A stretch of DNA of 44,913 nucleotides from Lentisphaerota bacterium (GCA_012521875.1 JAAYLN010000006.1:1-44913), one strand, 5' to 3'. Numbered from the stretch's first letter, positions 19,131 through 31,478 are shown. The notes: generated by a model not told the origin, from the letters alone. Numbers and translations are program-made.

Positions 19131-20571
19131 AGTCACCACGCCCCTGCTGACGGATCAGCCCTTCGATCCGCATGAACTGGCTGCCTGGTGCGGCGGAACC
19201 TGGGATGCGCCACCGGAAATCATCCGCGGCGTGATGCACGACAGCCGCGCCATCCGTCCGGGCAACCTCTACGTGGCCCTGCCGGGCGCGACGGTTGATG
19301 GTCATGCCTTCGTGGCGCAGGCCTTGCAGGCGGGCGCTGCCGGTGCGCTGGTGCAGGCCGGCTGGCAGCCGGAAACCGCGGCGGATACATCACGGCACCT
19401 GCTGCGCGTGCCCGCGACGCTACCGGCGCTGATGGATCTCGGCCGAGGCTACCGCCGCGCCGTCGCCCCCTTCATGATCGGCGTCACCGGCAGTGTCGGC
19501 AAGAGCACGGTCAAGGAGTGGACGGCCGCGCTGCTGGCGAGCACCTATCCCACCGCCGCCACCTGCGGCAACTTCAATACCGACATCGGCCTGCCGCTCA
19601 GCCTGCTGCAGATGCCGCGTCAGACCGGGTACGGAGTCTTCGAGCTCGGCATCAGCCATCCCGGCGAGCTGCGTCCGCTCTGCGGCGTGCTGGAGCCCGA
19701 CGCGGCGATTATCAGCATGATCGGCCCGGTGCATCTCGAGTTCTTTGGCAAGATCGAGGCCATTGCCGATGAGAAGGCCGAGCTGCTGCGCGCCGTGCCG
19801 CAGTCGGGATTCGCCGTGCTGGATGCGGATGCACCGCTATTCGACTTCCTGCGGCTGCAGACGCGCGCACGCGTGATCACGGTGAGCCGCGCGGGTGCCG
19901 CGGCCGACTACCAGGCCACGGCGATTGATGCGCGCACGGGGAGTTTCCGCGTGCAGGGTGCGGCCGTGGACGGCGTGATCGAACTGCGGCTCGGCGTTCC
20001 CGGCGAGCACCAGGTGCTAAACGCGTTGCTGGCCGTGGCTGCGGCACGCGCCTGCGATGTACCGTGGGAGGCCATTGCCGAGGCCCTGCCGCGGCTGCCG
20101 CGCATGACCATGCGCTGGGAGCAGAGCGAGTGGCGCGGTGTGACGATTGTCAACGACGCCTACAACGCCAATCCCGTCTCCATGGAGGCCGCCATCAGGA
20201 CCTTCGCACGGGTGGCCGAGGGACACCGGCGGCTGCTGGTGCTGGGCGAAATGCGCGAGTTAGGCGACAATGCGGCGGCCTTCCATGCCGCGAGCGGTAC
20301 CGCCGTGGCGGCCAGCGGATGCGAGGTGCTCATAGCCGTGGGCGCTGCGGGCGCATGGATTGCCGAGGCCGCGCTTGAACACGGTTTTTGCGGAAAGATC
20401 GTGCGGGTGGCGGACGCCGATGCGGCGGGCGAGGCACTGGCCGCACTGGCCGTGCCGGGCGACTGGGTATTGCTGAAGGCCTCCCGCGGCGTGCATCTGG
20501 AGCGGGCGGTGGCACGCTGGCAGCAAGGCGTACCTGCCGAACCGGCGCGGAAGGATGGTGCTACGCCATGA
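19120..20571 (+). CDS. murF: UDP-MurNAc-tripeptide--D-Ala-D-Ala ligase
   Basis: DGHAF, GVTGSVGKSTVKE, NDAYNANPVSM, LGEMRELG, LKASRG. Confidence 0.95.
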
Positions 20572-21911
20572 AGGATACGGCCAGATTCGTCCATCAGCGC
20601 GCCTGCGTGCTGGGGGGGGGCGTCAGCGGCATCGCCGCGGCACGGCTGCTGGCGCTGCATGGCGGGTGCGTGACACTGCTGGACGCGGCCCCGGAGGCGC
20701 AACTCACACAGGCACGCGAAGCGCTGGCGGGGAGCGGCGTGCTGCTGCGGGGCGGCGTGGGCGAGACGTTGCCGGACGAGCCCTTCACGCTCTGCATCGC
20801 CAGTCCATCGTTCGCGCCGGAGCACCCCTGGCTGCGTGCCTGCGCGGAGCGCGGCATCCCCGTGGCCGGCGAGATGGAGCTGGGCTACGCCTTCTGGCGT
20901 GGCAAACTGCTGGCGGTAACCGGCAGCAAGGGCAAGAGCTCGGTCGTGAAACTCTGTGCCGAGACCCTGACGGCCGCCGGGCTGGAAGCCGTGCCGGCCG
21001 GCAACTACGGCCTGCCGCTGAGCGCCTGCGTGCTGGATCACCCCGCCCTGCCGTGGGCAGTGGTAGAGGTGAGTTCCTTTCAACTGGAGCAGGTGGCGGC
21101 CTTCCGCCCCGATGTGGCGATCCTGCTGAACCTGCAGGCTGACCATCTGGACCGGCACGGTACAATGGAGACCTACGCGCGGCTCAAGTTCCGCCTCTTC
21201 GCGCAGCAGGGTGCCGGCGATCACGCGATGCTGCCGGAGGGGATGGATGTACCGAAGCCGCTGCCGCCCGGACTCGCGGTACAGACCTTCGGCAGCAGTG
21301 GCGATGCCTCGTGGCGCTACACGCCAGGCCGCATCACGGGCGAGGCCGGTGGTACAGCCGTCACACTGGATTTTGCAGGGACCTGGTTCGACAATCCGGT
21401 GCTCGGCAAGGCGGCGTCCGCCGCAGCCGGAGCCTTATGCGCCTGCGGCCTGATGCCCGCGCAGATCGGGGCCGGGCTGGCGGCCTTCCGCCCCCTGCCC
21501 CACCGCATGCAGCGCCTTGGCACGCACAATGGTGTGGTATATATTAACGACTCCAAGGCAACTAGTTTGACAGCACTGGCGGCAGCCCTTAATATGACAC
21601 TTGAACCAGTACGTCTTATCGCGGGCGGGCGCTTGAAAGAGTACGATCTGGACGCGGTAAAAGAGGTGCTGGCATTAAGAGTCAAAAAGGTTTATCTTAT
21701 TGGCGAATCGACCCATGCCCTATTGAAGGCATGGTCGCCGGTGGTTGATTGTGCCGACTGCGGCGACATGGCGAGGGCCGTGGCGCAGGCGGCACTCGAG
21801 GCGGCACCCGGAGAGGCAGTCCTGCTCTCCCCGGGGTGCGCCAGCTTCGACCAGTTTGACGGGTATGCGCAGCGTGGCGACTGTTTCGCCCGCCTGGTGC
21901 AGAGGTTGTAA
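20568..21911 (+). CDS. murD: UDP-MurNAc-L-Ala--D-Glu ligase
   Basis: LGGGVSG, VEVSSFQL, DHLDRH, LPHRM, NDSKAT, SPGCASFDQF; start ATG 20568 overlapping the murF stop. Confidence 0.93.
   Translation: MKDTARFVHQRACVLGGGVSGIAAARLLALHGGCVTLLDAAPEAQLTQAREALAGSGVLLRGGVGETLPDEPFTLCIASPSFAPEHPWLRACAERGIPVAGEMELGYAFWRGKLLAVTGSKGKSSVVKLCAETLTAAGLEAVPAGNYGLPLSACVLDHPALPWAVVEVSSFQLEQVAAFRPDVAILLNLQADHLDRHGTMETYARLKFRLFAQQGAGDHAMLPEGMDVPKPLPPGLAVQTFGSSGDASWRYTPGRITGEAGGTAVTLDFAGTWFDNPVLGKAASAAAGALCACGLMPAQIGAGLAAFRPLPHRMQRLGTHNGVVYINDSKATSLTALAAALNMTLEPVRLIAGGRLKEYDLDAVKEVLALRVKKVYLIGESTHALLKAWSPVVDCADCGDMARAVAQAALEAAPGEAVLLSPGCASFDQFDGYAQRGDCFARLVQRL
21567..21595 (+). promoter_or_regulatory. Putative internal promoter within murD
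   Basis: TTGACA (21567-21572), 17 nt, TAATAT (21590-21595) in a locally AT-rich patch. Confidence 0.5.
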
Positions 21912-21919
21912 AAGACGGC

Positions 21920-22909
21920 ATGACGAGGAAAAGCGAGATGAAGAGCAATGGTTTCACCAGGATTATTTTTGGCGTAGCCGCCGTGATCGGGTTCGGCCTG
22001 GTACAGGGCTGTTCCACGATCCATAGCGGCGGAGAGGCTGAGGACATGCGGTTGCGTCCGATGCCAGAGGCGCTCGAGCCGGCACCGATAGAGGTGGTGC
22101 AACCGGTCGTTATCGAGAGTCCAGTCGCCACTACGCGGCCCGTGACACCCCCCGCGCCAGTGGCGCGTCCCGAACTGACCACCTCCTATACCGTGAAGGC
22201 GGGCGACACCCTCTCCGGCATTGCCTACCGCTACAAGCTGCGCTGGCAGGATGTGGCGGCCGTCAACCCCGGCATCAACCCCAACCGCCTGCTGGTGGGC
22301 GAGGTCATCCAGCTTCCCGGCAAGGTGGATGTCGCCAAGCCCGCCCGTGCGCTCCCCGCCAAGTCCGCGGCCAAGGCAGCCGCCGGCGGCTACACGGTGA
22401 AGGCCGGCGACTCGCTCTCGGTCATCGCCCATCGCCACGGCATCAAGACCGCCGATCTCAAGAAGGCCAACAACCTGACGAGCGACAGCATCTTCGCCGG
22501 CCAGAAGCTGGTCATCCCAGGTGGCAAGACCACCGCGACGGTAAAGTCGCTCACGACGGCGAAGCCCCCGGCGCAGTCGCCCCAGCAGGTTAAGCAGCCG
22601 GCTCCGGTTGCACCGCCCACCCCGACGCTTGACGCGCTCGAGCTGCCGACGCCGGCCGCTCCGGTCATTGAAGCGCCTGCGGCACCCGATGCACCACCGG
22701 TTCCGCCCCTGCCTGCACCGACCGCTGCCAAGCCTGCGGAGACCACCGGTTACCAGACCCACATCGTGGCCAATGGCGAGGATCTATACTCCGTGGCCGT
22801 ACGCTGGTGCGTGAGCCTCGAAGCCCTCAAGGCCGCCAACAACCTGACGAGCCATGAGCTGACACCCGGCACCGTGCTGAAGATCCCGCCGGCACCGACG
22901 GACAACTGA
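21920..22909 (+). CDS. LysM peptidoglycan-binding protein (3 LysM domains, Pro-rich linkers, possible lipoprotein)
   Basis: YTVKAGDTLSGIA, YTVKAGDSLSVIA, HIVANGEDLYSVA; hydrophobic leader ending VQGC. Confidence 0.9.
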   Translation: MTRKSEMKSNGFTRIIFGVAAVIGFGLVQGCSTIHSGGEAEDMRLRPMPEALEPAPIEVVQPVVIESPVATTRPVTPPAPVARPELTTSYTVKAGDTLSGIAYRYKLRWQDVAAVNPGINPNRLLVGEVIQLPGKVDVAKPARALPAKSAAKAAAGGYTVKAGDSLSVIAHRHGIKTADLKKANNLTSDSIFAGQKLVIPGGKTTATVKSLTTAKPPAQSPQQVKQPAPVAPPTPTLDALELPTPAAPVIEAPAAPDAPPVPPLPAPTAAKPAETTGYQTHIVANGEDLYSVAVRWCVSLEALKAANNLTSHELTPGTVLKIPPAPTDN

Positions 22910-22929
22910 TTGACTAGGGAACCTGCGGC

Positions 22930-24057
22930 GTGCGGCGGACTGTCACACTCTTTCTTTGTGCGCTGGCCCTGCTCGTGACCGCAGGCCTCATCCTGGTCTA
23001 TAGCGCCAGCTCGACCTACTACCGGAACAGCCCCAACCATTTTGTGATACGCCAGGGAATCGCCCTGGCGTTGAGCCTGTGCGTGGGTATAGTGGTGGCG
23101 CGGATCGACTACCACTTCTGGTCGCGCCCCTGGGTTTTGACACTTATCACGATCCTGACGCTGGCCGGTCTTTGCGCGGTTTTTCTCTTTCCCGTAGTCA
23201 AGGGCAGCCGCCGGTGGATCGACCTCCGCATCTACAGTGTGCAGCCGAGCGAGTTCGCCAAGATCAGCATCCTGATCGTTCTGTCCACCTGGTTCGACCG
23301 CGTGGGGCCGCGATCATCCAGCTTCCTGCGCGGATTTCTTATCCCGGGGCTGATCGTGGCGGTGATGACGGCTCCCATACTCCTGGCACCCGACCTGGGC
23401 GCGACAGCGGTAATCGTGGTCGTGGCCGCCACGGTCTTTCTGGCGGCAGGCACGCGGCTGAGCTACATGTTCGCCTCCGTGCCGGTGGCAATCGGCGGAT
23501 TGGTGCTCATCCTGCTCAAGGACGCGCACCGCAGGGGGCGCATGATGGACTTTTTGGCCGGACTTTTCGGAAAGGATGGCGCACAGGCGTACCAGACGAT
23601 ACAGTCGCTCAATGCCTTTGTCATCGGCGGCCCCCTCGGCGTGGGGCTCAACAACAGCATCCAGAAGTACCGCTATCTGCCCGAGGCGCATACCGATTTC
23701 ATCTACGCCATCGCCGGCGAGGAGCTGGGCCTGGCTGCCTCGCTCATCATCATCCTGCTCTTCGGCATACTGCTGATCTGCGGCACCCGGATCGCCAGCC
23801 GCGCACCCGACCGCCTCGGGCGCTTCCTGGGACTGGGCCTGACGGTACTGCTCTGCTTCGAGGCGGGCTTCAACATGGGCATGGTCATGGGATGCCTGCC
23901 CACCAAGGGGCTGGCGCTCCCCTTCGTCAGCTACGGCGGCTCAAGCCTGATGGCCTCGATGATCGCCGTCGGGATGCTGCTCAACATCGCCCGGCAGAGC
24001 TTTGTGGCCGAAGCCGAAGCGCCATCCAGCATGCGCAACGCCTTGCAACACATCTGA
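22930..24057 (+). CDS. ftsW: SEDS peptidoglycan polymerase FtsW
   Basis: VYSAS, GSRRWI, QPSEFAK, PDLG, LPEAHTDFI, LPFVSYGGSS; GTG start. Confidence 0.93.
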   Translation: MRRTVTLFLCALALLVTAGLILVYSASSTYYRNSPNHFVIRQGIALALSLCVGIVVARIDYHFWSRPWVLTLITILTLAGLCAVFLFPVVKGSRRWIDLRIYSVQPSEFAKISILIVLSTWFDRVGPRSSSFLRGFLIPGLIVAVMTAPILLAPDLGATAVIVVVAATVFLAAGTRLSYMFASVPVAIGGLVLILLKDAHRRGRMMDFLAGLFGKDGAQAYQTIQSLNAFVIGGPLGVGLNNSIQKYRYLPEAHTDFIYAIAGEELGLAASLIIILLFGILLICGTRIASRAPDRLGRFLGLGLTVLLCFEAGFNMGMVMGCLPTKGLALPFVSYGGSSLMASMIAVGMLLNIARQSFVAEAEAPSSMRNALQHI

Positions 24058-24088
24058 CAACCTAACCACACTTGATCGGAGATTAACC

Positions 24089-25345
24089 ATGGGCATCAGC
24101 CTCGGACTCGTAGGACTCGGCAGTTTCGGCTCCTGTTTCGCACCGCTCTTCAAGAACCACCCCTGGGTTGACCGCATCGGCCTGTGCGATACCGAGCCGG
24201 ACCGCGTGGCGCGCTTTTTCAAGGATCCCTTCTATGCCGACAAGGTCAGCGAGGCCGACTGCTTCTCGTCGCTCGACGAAATCTGCCGTGCCGATTTCGA
24301 TGCGCTCGTGATCATCACCCAGCCCTGGCTGCACGCGCCACAGTGCATCCAGGCCATGGAGAGCGGCAAGCACGTCTACAGCGCCGTGCCCATCATCAGC
24401 ATCCCCGACGACGACGAGACGCTCGACTGGTGCGACAAGCTGGTGGATACCGTCAAGCGTACCGGACAGCAGTACATGCTGGGCGAGACCACCTACTACC
24501 GTCCGCAGGCGCAGTTCTGCCGCCGCATGGCAAAGTCGGGCAGCTTCGGCGACTTTGTCTACGCCGAGGGCGAGTACTTCCATGACGTCGATAGCGGCTG
24601 CAACCTGCGCCAGGTCAACGCCTCGCGCGCCAACAGCAAGCCCGGACGCGAGTGGCAGGAACTGCGCCAGAAATACATCCGGGTCGGCCATCTCTCGGGC
24701 CCCATGCACTACCCCACCCACTCCACCAGCGGTCCCGTCTGCGTCATGAATGCGCACGCGGTCGAGGTCACGGCCTATGGCTACCGCAACCGCACAAACG
24801 ACCCCTTCTTTGCCGACAGCGCCTTCTCCAACGAGATGGCGCTCTTCCGCATGAGCAACGGCGCGACCGTGCGCATCTGCGAGATGCGCGAGACCCCCGG
24901 ATGTCCCGGCCATGAGAGCGAGACCTTCCGCGTCTTCGGCACCCTGGGCAGTTTCTCCGAGAACCGCTGGTGGAGCATCAAGCGTCCCGACTTTGCGAAT
25001 ATCGATCTCGAGGCACTGCCCAAGCCTGAGTACCGCGCCCTCAAGGAGCAGGAGATGTTCGATCCCCTGCCCCCCGAGGTCGAGCTGGCCTTCAAGCAGG
25101 CGTACAATCCGGAAAAGAGCATGGACGAGCTGCGCGAGAGCGACTTCCACCCCTGGGGCCATGGCGGCTCGCACCCCTATCTGGCCCACGAGTTCGTCTC
25201 GGCCGTGCGCGACAACCGCATTCCGGCAATCAACATCTGGGAATCCGTGCGCTACATGGCCATGGGCATTGCCGCCCACCGCTCCGCGTTGAAAGATGGC
25301 GAGACGCTGCCAGTACCGGACTGGGGCGATGCACCCTCGGCTTAG
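24089..25345 (+). CDS. Gfo/Idh/MocA family oxidoreductase
   Basis: GLVGLGSFG Rossmann motif, GKHVYSAVP, AEGEYFH, HYPTHS, GHGGSH. Confidence 0.88.
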   Translation: MGISLGLVGLGSFGSCFAPLFKNHPWVDRIGLCDTEPDRVARFFKDPFYADKVSEADCFSSLDEICRADFDALVIITQPWLHAPQCIQAMESGKHVYSAVPIISIPDDDETLDWCDKLVDTVKRTGQQYMLGETTYYRPQAQFCRRMAKSGSFGDFVYAEGEYFHDVDSGCNLRQVNASRANSKPGREWQELRQKYIRVGHLSGPMHYPTHSTSGPVCVMNAHAVEVTAYGYRNRTNDPFFADSAFSNEMALFRMSNGATVRICEMRETPGCPGHESETFRVFGTLGSFSENRWWSIKRPDFANIDLEALPKPEYRALKEQEMFDPLPPEVELAFKQAYNPEKSMDELRESDFHPWGHGGSHPYLAHEFVSAVRDNRIPAINIWESVRYMAMGIAAHRSALKDGETLPVPDWGDAPSA

Positions 25346-25610
25346 TGAACCCCCAACTGCCATGCAGGAAATCAAGCTCTTCGTGCTCCAGGGCTGCTCC
25401 TACTGCCACCGGGCACGCGAGATGATCGACGCCATTCTGGCCGAGCATCCCGAGTATGCCAAGGTGCCCCTCACGGTGATTGACGAGTGGCAACAGCCCG
25501 ACATTGCCGACAAGTACGACTACTACTACGTGCCCTCGATCTTCATCGGCGATGAGAAGCTGATGGAAGGCCCGCCCTCCCGCAAGGCCATCGAGGCAGC
25601 CTTCGCCAAG

Positions 25611-26472
<862 letters not shown>

Positions 26473-26485
26473 CTTCCCGCCCACC

Positions 26486-26896
26486 CTACTTGTCGGACTC
26501 TTTCTCTTTGCTCTCCCCGTCAGACGGCAGCAGGGCATCCAGCGCGGCGAACTGGTTGAAGATCGAAGGTGCCAGCTCTTCACGCTGGGCTGTGCCACCC
26601 TCGTAGTGACCGGCGAGAAGGTTCTTCTCGTGCTCGTGGTCGTGGCAGTAGATGCAGAGCAACTCCCAGTTGCTACCGTCGGGCGGGTTGTTGTTGTGGT
26701 TGTGATCCCGGTGGTGGACAGTCAGCTCCTTGAGCCGCCGCCCCTCGAATTCGCGTCCGCAACTGGCGCAGACATGCGGCAGCAGCTTGAGCGCGCGCTC
26801 GCGGTAGCCATCGCGCCGCTCCTTCTGCTCGCGCCGCAACTCCGTCGTGATCTGTTCACGGCGTTCCGCATCGGCTGGTGGGCGCGGCCGCCTCAT
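26486..26896 (-). CDS. yajD: YajD-family HNH nuclease
   Basis: GYRERALKLLPHVCASCGREF, LTVHHRDHNH..NPPDGSNWELLCIYCHDHEH; start overlaps the citrate synthase stop. Confidence 0.8.
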   Translation of the reverse strand: MRRPRPPADAERREQITTELRREQKERRDGYRERALKLLPHVCASCGREFEGRRLKELTVHHRDHNHNNNPPDGSNWELLCIYCHDHEHEKNLLAGHYEGGTAQREELAPSIFNQFAALDALLPSDGESKEKESDK

Positions 26897-28281
26897 GCGC
26901 GGATCCCGCTGGGTGCCGGCCCTATGGGCGCACGCTGCTCGAGCGGAACATAGCTGCGGCGCGGCGCCACGCTCTTGTAGGCCGGACGGATGATCTTGCC
27001 GCGGTTGGCCAGTTCCTCGATGCGGTGGGCGCTCCACCCGACGATCCGCGAGACGCCGAAGAGCGGAGTGTAGAGTTCCGGTGGAATCTCCAGCATCCGG
27101 TAGAGGAAACCCGAGTAGAAGTCGATGTTGGCGCTGACGCCCTTGTAGATCTTGCGATGGCGGCTAACCACCTCGGGAGCCAGACGCTCGACCGTGCGGT
27201 AGAGTTGCATCTCGTCATCCAGTCCCTTCTCATGCGCCAGCCGCTCCACCTGCTCGCGCAGGATCAGCGAGCGCGGGTCGGAGACGGAGTAGACCGCGTG
27301 TCCGACGCCGTAGATCAGCCCCGAGCGGTCGAAGCCCTCGCGGCGGACGAGCAGGTCGAGATAGCCCTCGACATCCTTCTCGTTGCGCCAGTCCTTCACC
27401 GTGCTCTTCAGATCGTCCATCATCCGCACCACCTTGCCGCTGGCACCGCCGTGGCGCGGTCCCTTCAATGCGCAGAGGGCCGCCGTGATGGCGGCGTAGG
27501 TGTCCGTGCCGGTGGAGGTGACGACATGCGTGGTGAAGGAGGAGTTGTTCCCGCCGCCATGCTCGGCGTGCAGCACCAGCGCCAGATCCAGCAACTGGGC
27601 CTCGAGCGGGGTGTAGTGTCCGTTCTTGCGCAGTATGTTGAGGAAGTAGGCGGCGGTGGGGAGGTCGGACGAGGGTTCGCGCAGCACCAGCGTCTTGCCA
27701 TGGTGGCGGTAGACGTAGGCACGGTAGCAGTAGGCCGCCAGCAGCGGAAAGACCGCGATCAGCCGCAGACACTGGCGCAGGACATTGGGAATATCGATGG
27801 CGTCGGGATTGTCGTCCAGCGTATAGAGCGACAGCAGCGACTGCGCCATGGCGTTCATGATGTCGCGGCTGGAGAGCTTGAGGATCGAATCCTGGACGAA
27901 GTCGTTGGGCAGTCCGCGGTTGGAGTAGAGCAGGCGCTCGAAGGAGCCCAGCGCCTCCGCATCCGGCAGTTCGCCGAAGAGCAGCAGGTAGGCGGTCTCC
28001 TCGAAACCGAAGCGTCCCTCCGACAAGAATCCGTTCGCGAGCTCGTTGATCCCGATGCCGCGGTAGATCAGGTTGCCGGGGCCGGTCATGGTGCCGTCTT
28101 CCGCCTCGGTGTTCGCGAGCACATCGCCGATCTCCGTGAGCCCGGCCAGCACGCCCTTGCCGTTCAGATCACGCAGGCCGCGCTTCACGTCGTACATGGA
28201 ATAGAAGGAGGAGTCCACCTGGCAACTGGTCTCGGCCATGGCGGCCAGCGGAGCAATAAGATCGGGATGTTGGGATGTCAT
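26893..28281 (-). CDS. gltA: Citrate/2-methylcitrate synthase
   Basis: LIYRG, LHAEHGGGNNSSF, GPRHGGA, IYGVGHAVY..SDPR, ANIDFYSG, IIRP; start ATG 28281. Confidence 0.92.
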   Translation of the reverse strand: MTSQHPDLIAPLAAMAETSCQVDSSFYSMYDVKRGLRDLNGKGVLAGLTEIGDVLANTEAEDGTMTGPGNLIYRGIGINELANGFLSEGRFGFEETAYLLLFGELPDAEALGSFERLLYSNRGLPNDFVQDSILKLSSRDIMNAMAQSLLSLYTLDDNPDAIDIPNVLRQCLRLIAVFPLLAAYCYRAYVYRHHGKTLVLREPSSDLPTAAYFLNILRKNGHYTPLEAQLLDLALVLHAEHGGGNNSSFTTHVVTSTGTDTYAAITAALCALKGPRHGGASGKVVRMMDDLKSTVKDWRNEKDVEGYLDLLVRREGFDRSGLIYGVGHAVYSVSDPRSLILREQVERLAHEKGLDDEMQLYRTVERLAPEVVSRHRKIYKGVSANIDFYSGFLYRMLEIPPELYTPLFGVSRIVGWSAHRIEELANRGKIIRPAYKSVAPRRSYVPLEQRAPIGPAPSGIRA

Positions 28282-28372
28282 GGTTCTGTCTGCTTCACGC
28301 GCCGGATGCCGCTGGAAAGAGAGAGCCTGTCCCTCACGCGGCCGACCGGTAGGGGAATTCGCGTAAAAGAGT

Positions 28373-28401
28373 AATATATCATCCCCCTTCCTGACCGACA
28401 A
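28373..28401 (-). promoter_or_regulatory. Putative promoter of citrate synthase
   Basis: Minus strand TTGTCG, 17 nt, TATATT with TG extended -10. Confidence 0.5.
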
Positions 28402-28439
28402 TACGCTTTTCGGCGGCACGGGCGCCGGCTGGAAGGTGA

Positions 28440-29424
28440 GAGACGCCACTTTGACGCGAGCTTTATCGGTAACTTTGTCGCCCTTGTCGCCTGCTGTCGA
28501 TTATTTCTCACAGAGGCACGGAGGCACAGAGGCGCGGAGGAGTTCTAAAGTTCGGAAGTTCTAAAGTTTGGCTGCCGCCTGTACCGAGCCGCCCTGCTGG
28601 TGTCGAACCGCCAAGACGCCAAGGCCGCCAAGGGGATTTGATTTAGATTTGTGATTTGCGACTTGTGACTTGTGATTTGGCAGTGGCTTCCCGTTCGCTC
28701 CCGATGCGCTCTGGAGCCCGCGGTCTCCGCGGTGCATTGATGCGGCGCATGATTGTCGTACGTTACCGCACGTTCCATCACCTATCCGCCTATGCGGGAA
28801 CTGCCCCAATGTGGCGCGGACATTCCTGTCTGCGCACGTCCACGAGGGCAGACAGGAATGTCTGCCCCACACTAGCACGTTCCATCGCTGCGGCTAGCCG
28901 GGACTGCGTCGCCGCACCTGTGCTGGCGCGCCTTTGCGGAAGCTTCCCAAAGACGCGACGACAATCGGCGACGGCCTATCATCCGGCGAAAAGACGCCTT
29001 ATTCCATGACTATGTCCCGCCCCTTCAGGGCTAGTCATTTTTTTGCCAGTTACCCAGGGCGTTGCCCTGGGCTGGTATATCGCGCCCCTTCAGGGCTTTC
29101 ATCAACTTTGTCGCGAGCTTTGTCGTTAACTTTGTCGAAAGCTTAAGATTTAGCGGGTGGATGAAGTGTGCCGTTTAAGAGTGAGTTTAAGAGTGGGATT
29201 AAGTGGGTGCTGCGCGCCTACCACCTTGTCTCAACACCTTGTCTCCACACTTAGTCGCCGTACACTTAGTCGTCTTACACTTAGTCGCCGCACTTAGTCT
29301 TCCCTCTGTCTGTCCCTGAATTTCGACTAAGTGTTCGGACTAAGCGTGAAGCGACTAAGTGTGAGGACTAAGTGTGGGGGACTAAGTGTACCGCGAGTCG
29401 CACCAGAACAAGCTCAGGGTTCAG
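28440..29424. repeat. Composite repeat nest C
   Basis: TTTGTCG module, CACAGAGG 9-mers, TTCTAAAG 8-mers, CGCCAAG 9-mers, GATTTGT 7-mers, REP doublet 28810-28871, CCCAGGGCGTTGCCCTGGG element 29009-29097, TTAAG module 29145-29220, 13-mers, inverted ACACTTAGTC array 29247-29389. Confidence 0.92.
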
Positions 29425-29457
29425 CGAACCGAAACGGCCGCCGTGTGGTGTCTCAGT

Positions 29458-30422
<965 letters not shown>

Positions 30423-30426
<4 letters not shown>

Positions 30427-31478
30427 GCTTCCTGTTTTCCTTCAAGTGCTGCCAGCCGGGCCTCCAGCTCGGCTATGCGTTCACGGATTTTGGTAATCTG
30501 ACGCGGCGCCAGCGAGATCGCGGCCGTCTCACGCATCGAGGTAGCAGGCGATCCTATCACATACTGCCCAGCGGGCACGTCGCGCGCTACGCCGGCCTGC
30601 GGACCGACCTGTGCGCCATCGCCGATGGTGAGGTGGCCCGAGAGGCCGGCCTGTGCCCAGATCATCACGCCGGAACCGACCTGCGTGCTACCGGCAATGC
30701 CGGCCTGGGCGATTACCCCGCTGCAATCGCCGATGCGTACGTTGTGGCCGATCTGCACCAGATTGTCGATCTTGACCTGATTGCCGATACGCGTCTCGCC
30801 GAAGCGCGCGCGGTCGATCGTCGCATTGGCACCGATCTCGACATCGTGGCCGATGACGACCGTGCCTGTCTGGGGGATCTTCTCGACGAGCGGCAACGCG
30901 CCAAGCTGCGGCGTGACGGTATAGCCGAATCCGTCGCTGCCCACAACAACGCCGCAATGCGCAATGAAGCGGTCGCCAATGCGGACACGCTCGCGGATCG
31001 AGACCTGCGGGTGGAGATGGCCATCGCAGCCAAGCTCGACCCCCTCGCCGATGAAGCACTGGGCCTCGATCACGGTACGGTTGCCAATGCGTGCGCCGGA
31101 CTCGATCACAGTGTACGGGCCGATATGGACAGCCTCGCCCAGCACGGCATCCGGCGCGATAATCGCCGTCGGATGGATACCCGGCAGACGCCGGGGGGCA
31201 GGCGGAGCGAAGAGCAGGGTCGCCTCTGTGAAGGCCTTGTCGGGGTTTGCCACGCGCAGCAGGGCACGGGCCGTAGTCTCGCCCTGCCACTTCTGATCAA
31301 CAATCACGGCGGTAGCCGCCGTCGTCGTCATCTGCTCGGCATAGCGTTTATTCGCCAGAAACGACAGGTCTCCCGCCTGGGCCTCGCTCAAGGCAGCCAG
31401 CCGCGACACCACGGCTCCGGCATCACCTTCGACAACCGCGTCGATCTGTGCGGCGATCTGCGCCACCGTCCACGTCAT
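30423..31478 (-). CDS. lpxD: UDP-3-O-(3-hydroxyacyl)glucosamine N-acyltransferase
   Basis: LSFLANKRY, GIHPTA, GSDGFGY, IGANATIDR, KIDNLVQIGHNV. Confidence 0.95.

Noticed and set aside
20388-20567. murD N-terminal extension or a hidden mraY remnant
   Set aside because: Region is murF coding sequence; no hydrophobic MraY-like segment in any listed frame
20592-20620. G8 tract in murD (TGGGGGGGGCG) as a contingency locus
   Set aside because: In frame and encodes the conserved LGGG nucleotide-binding motif of an essential gene
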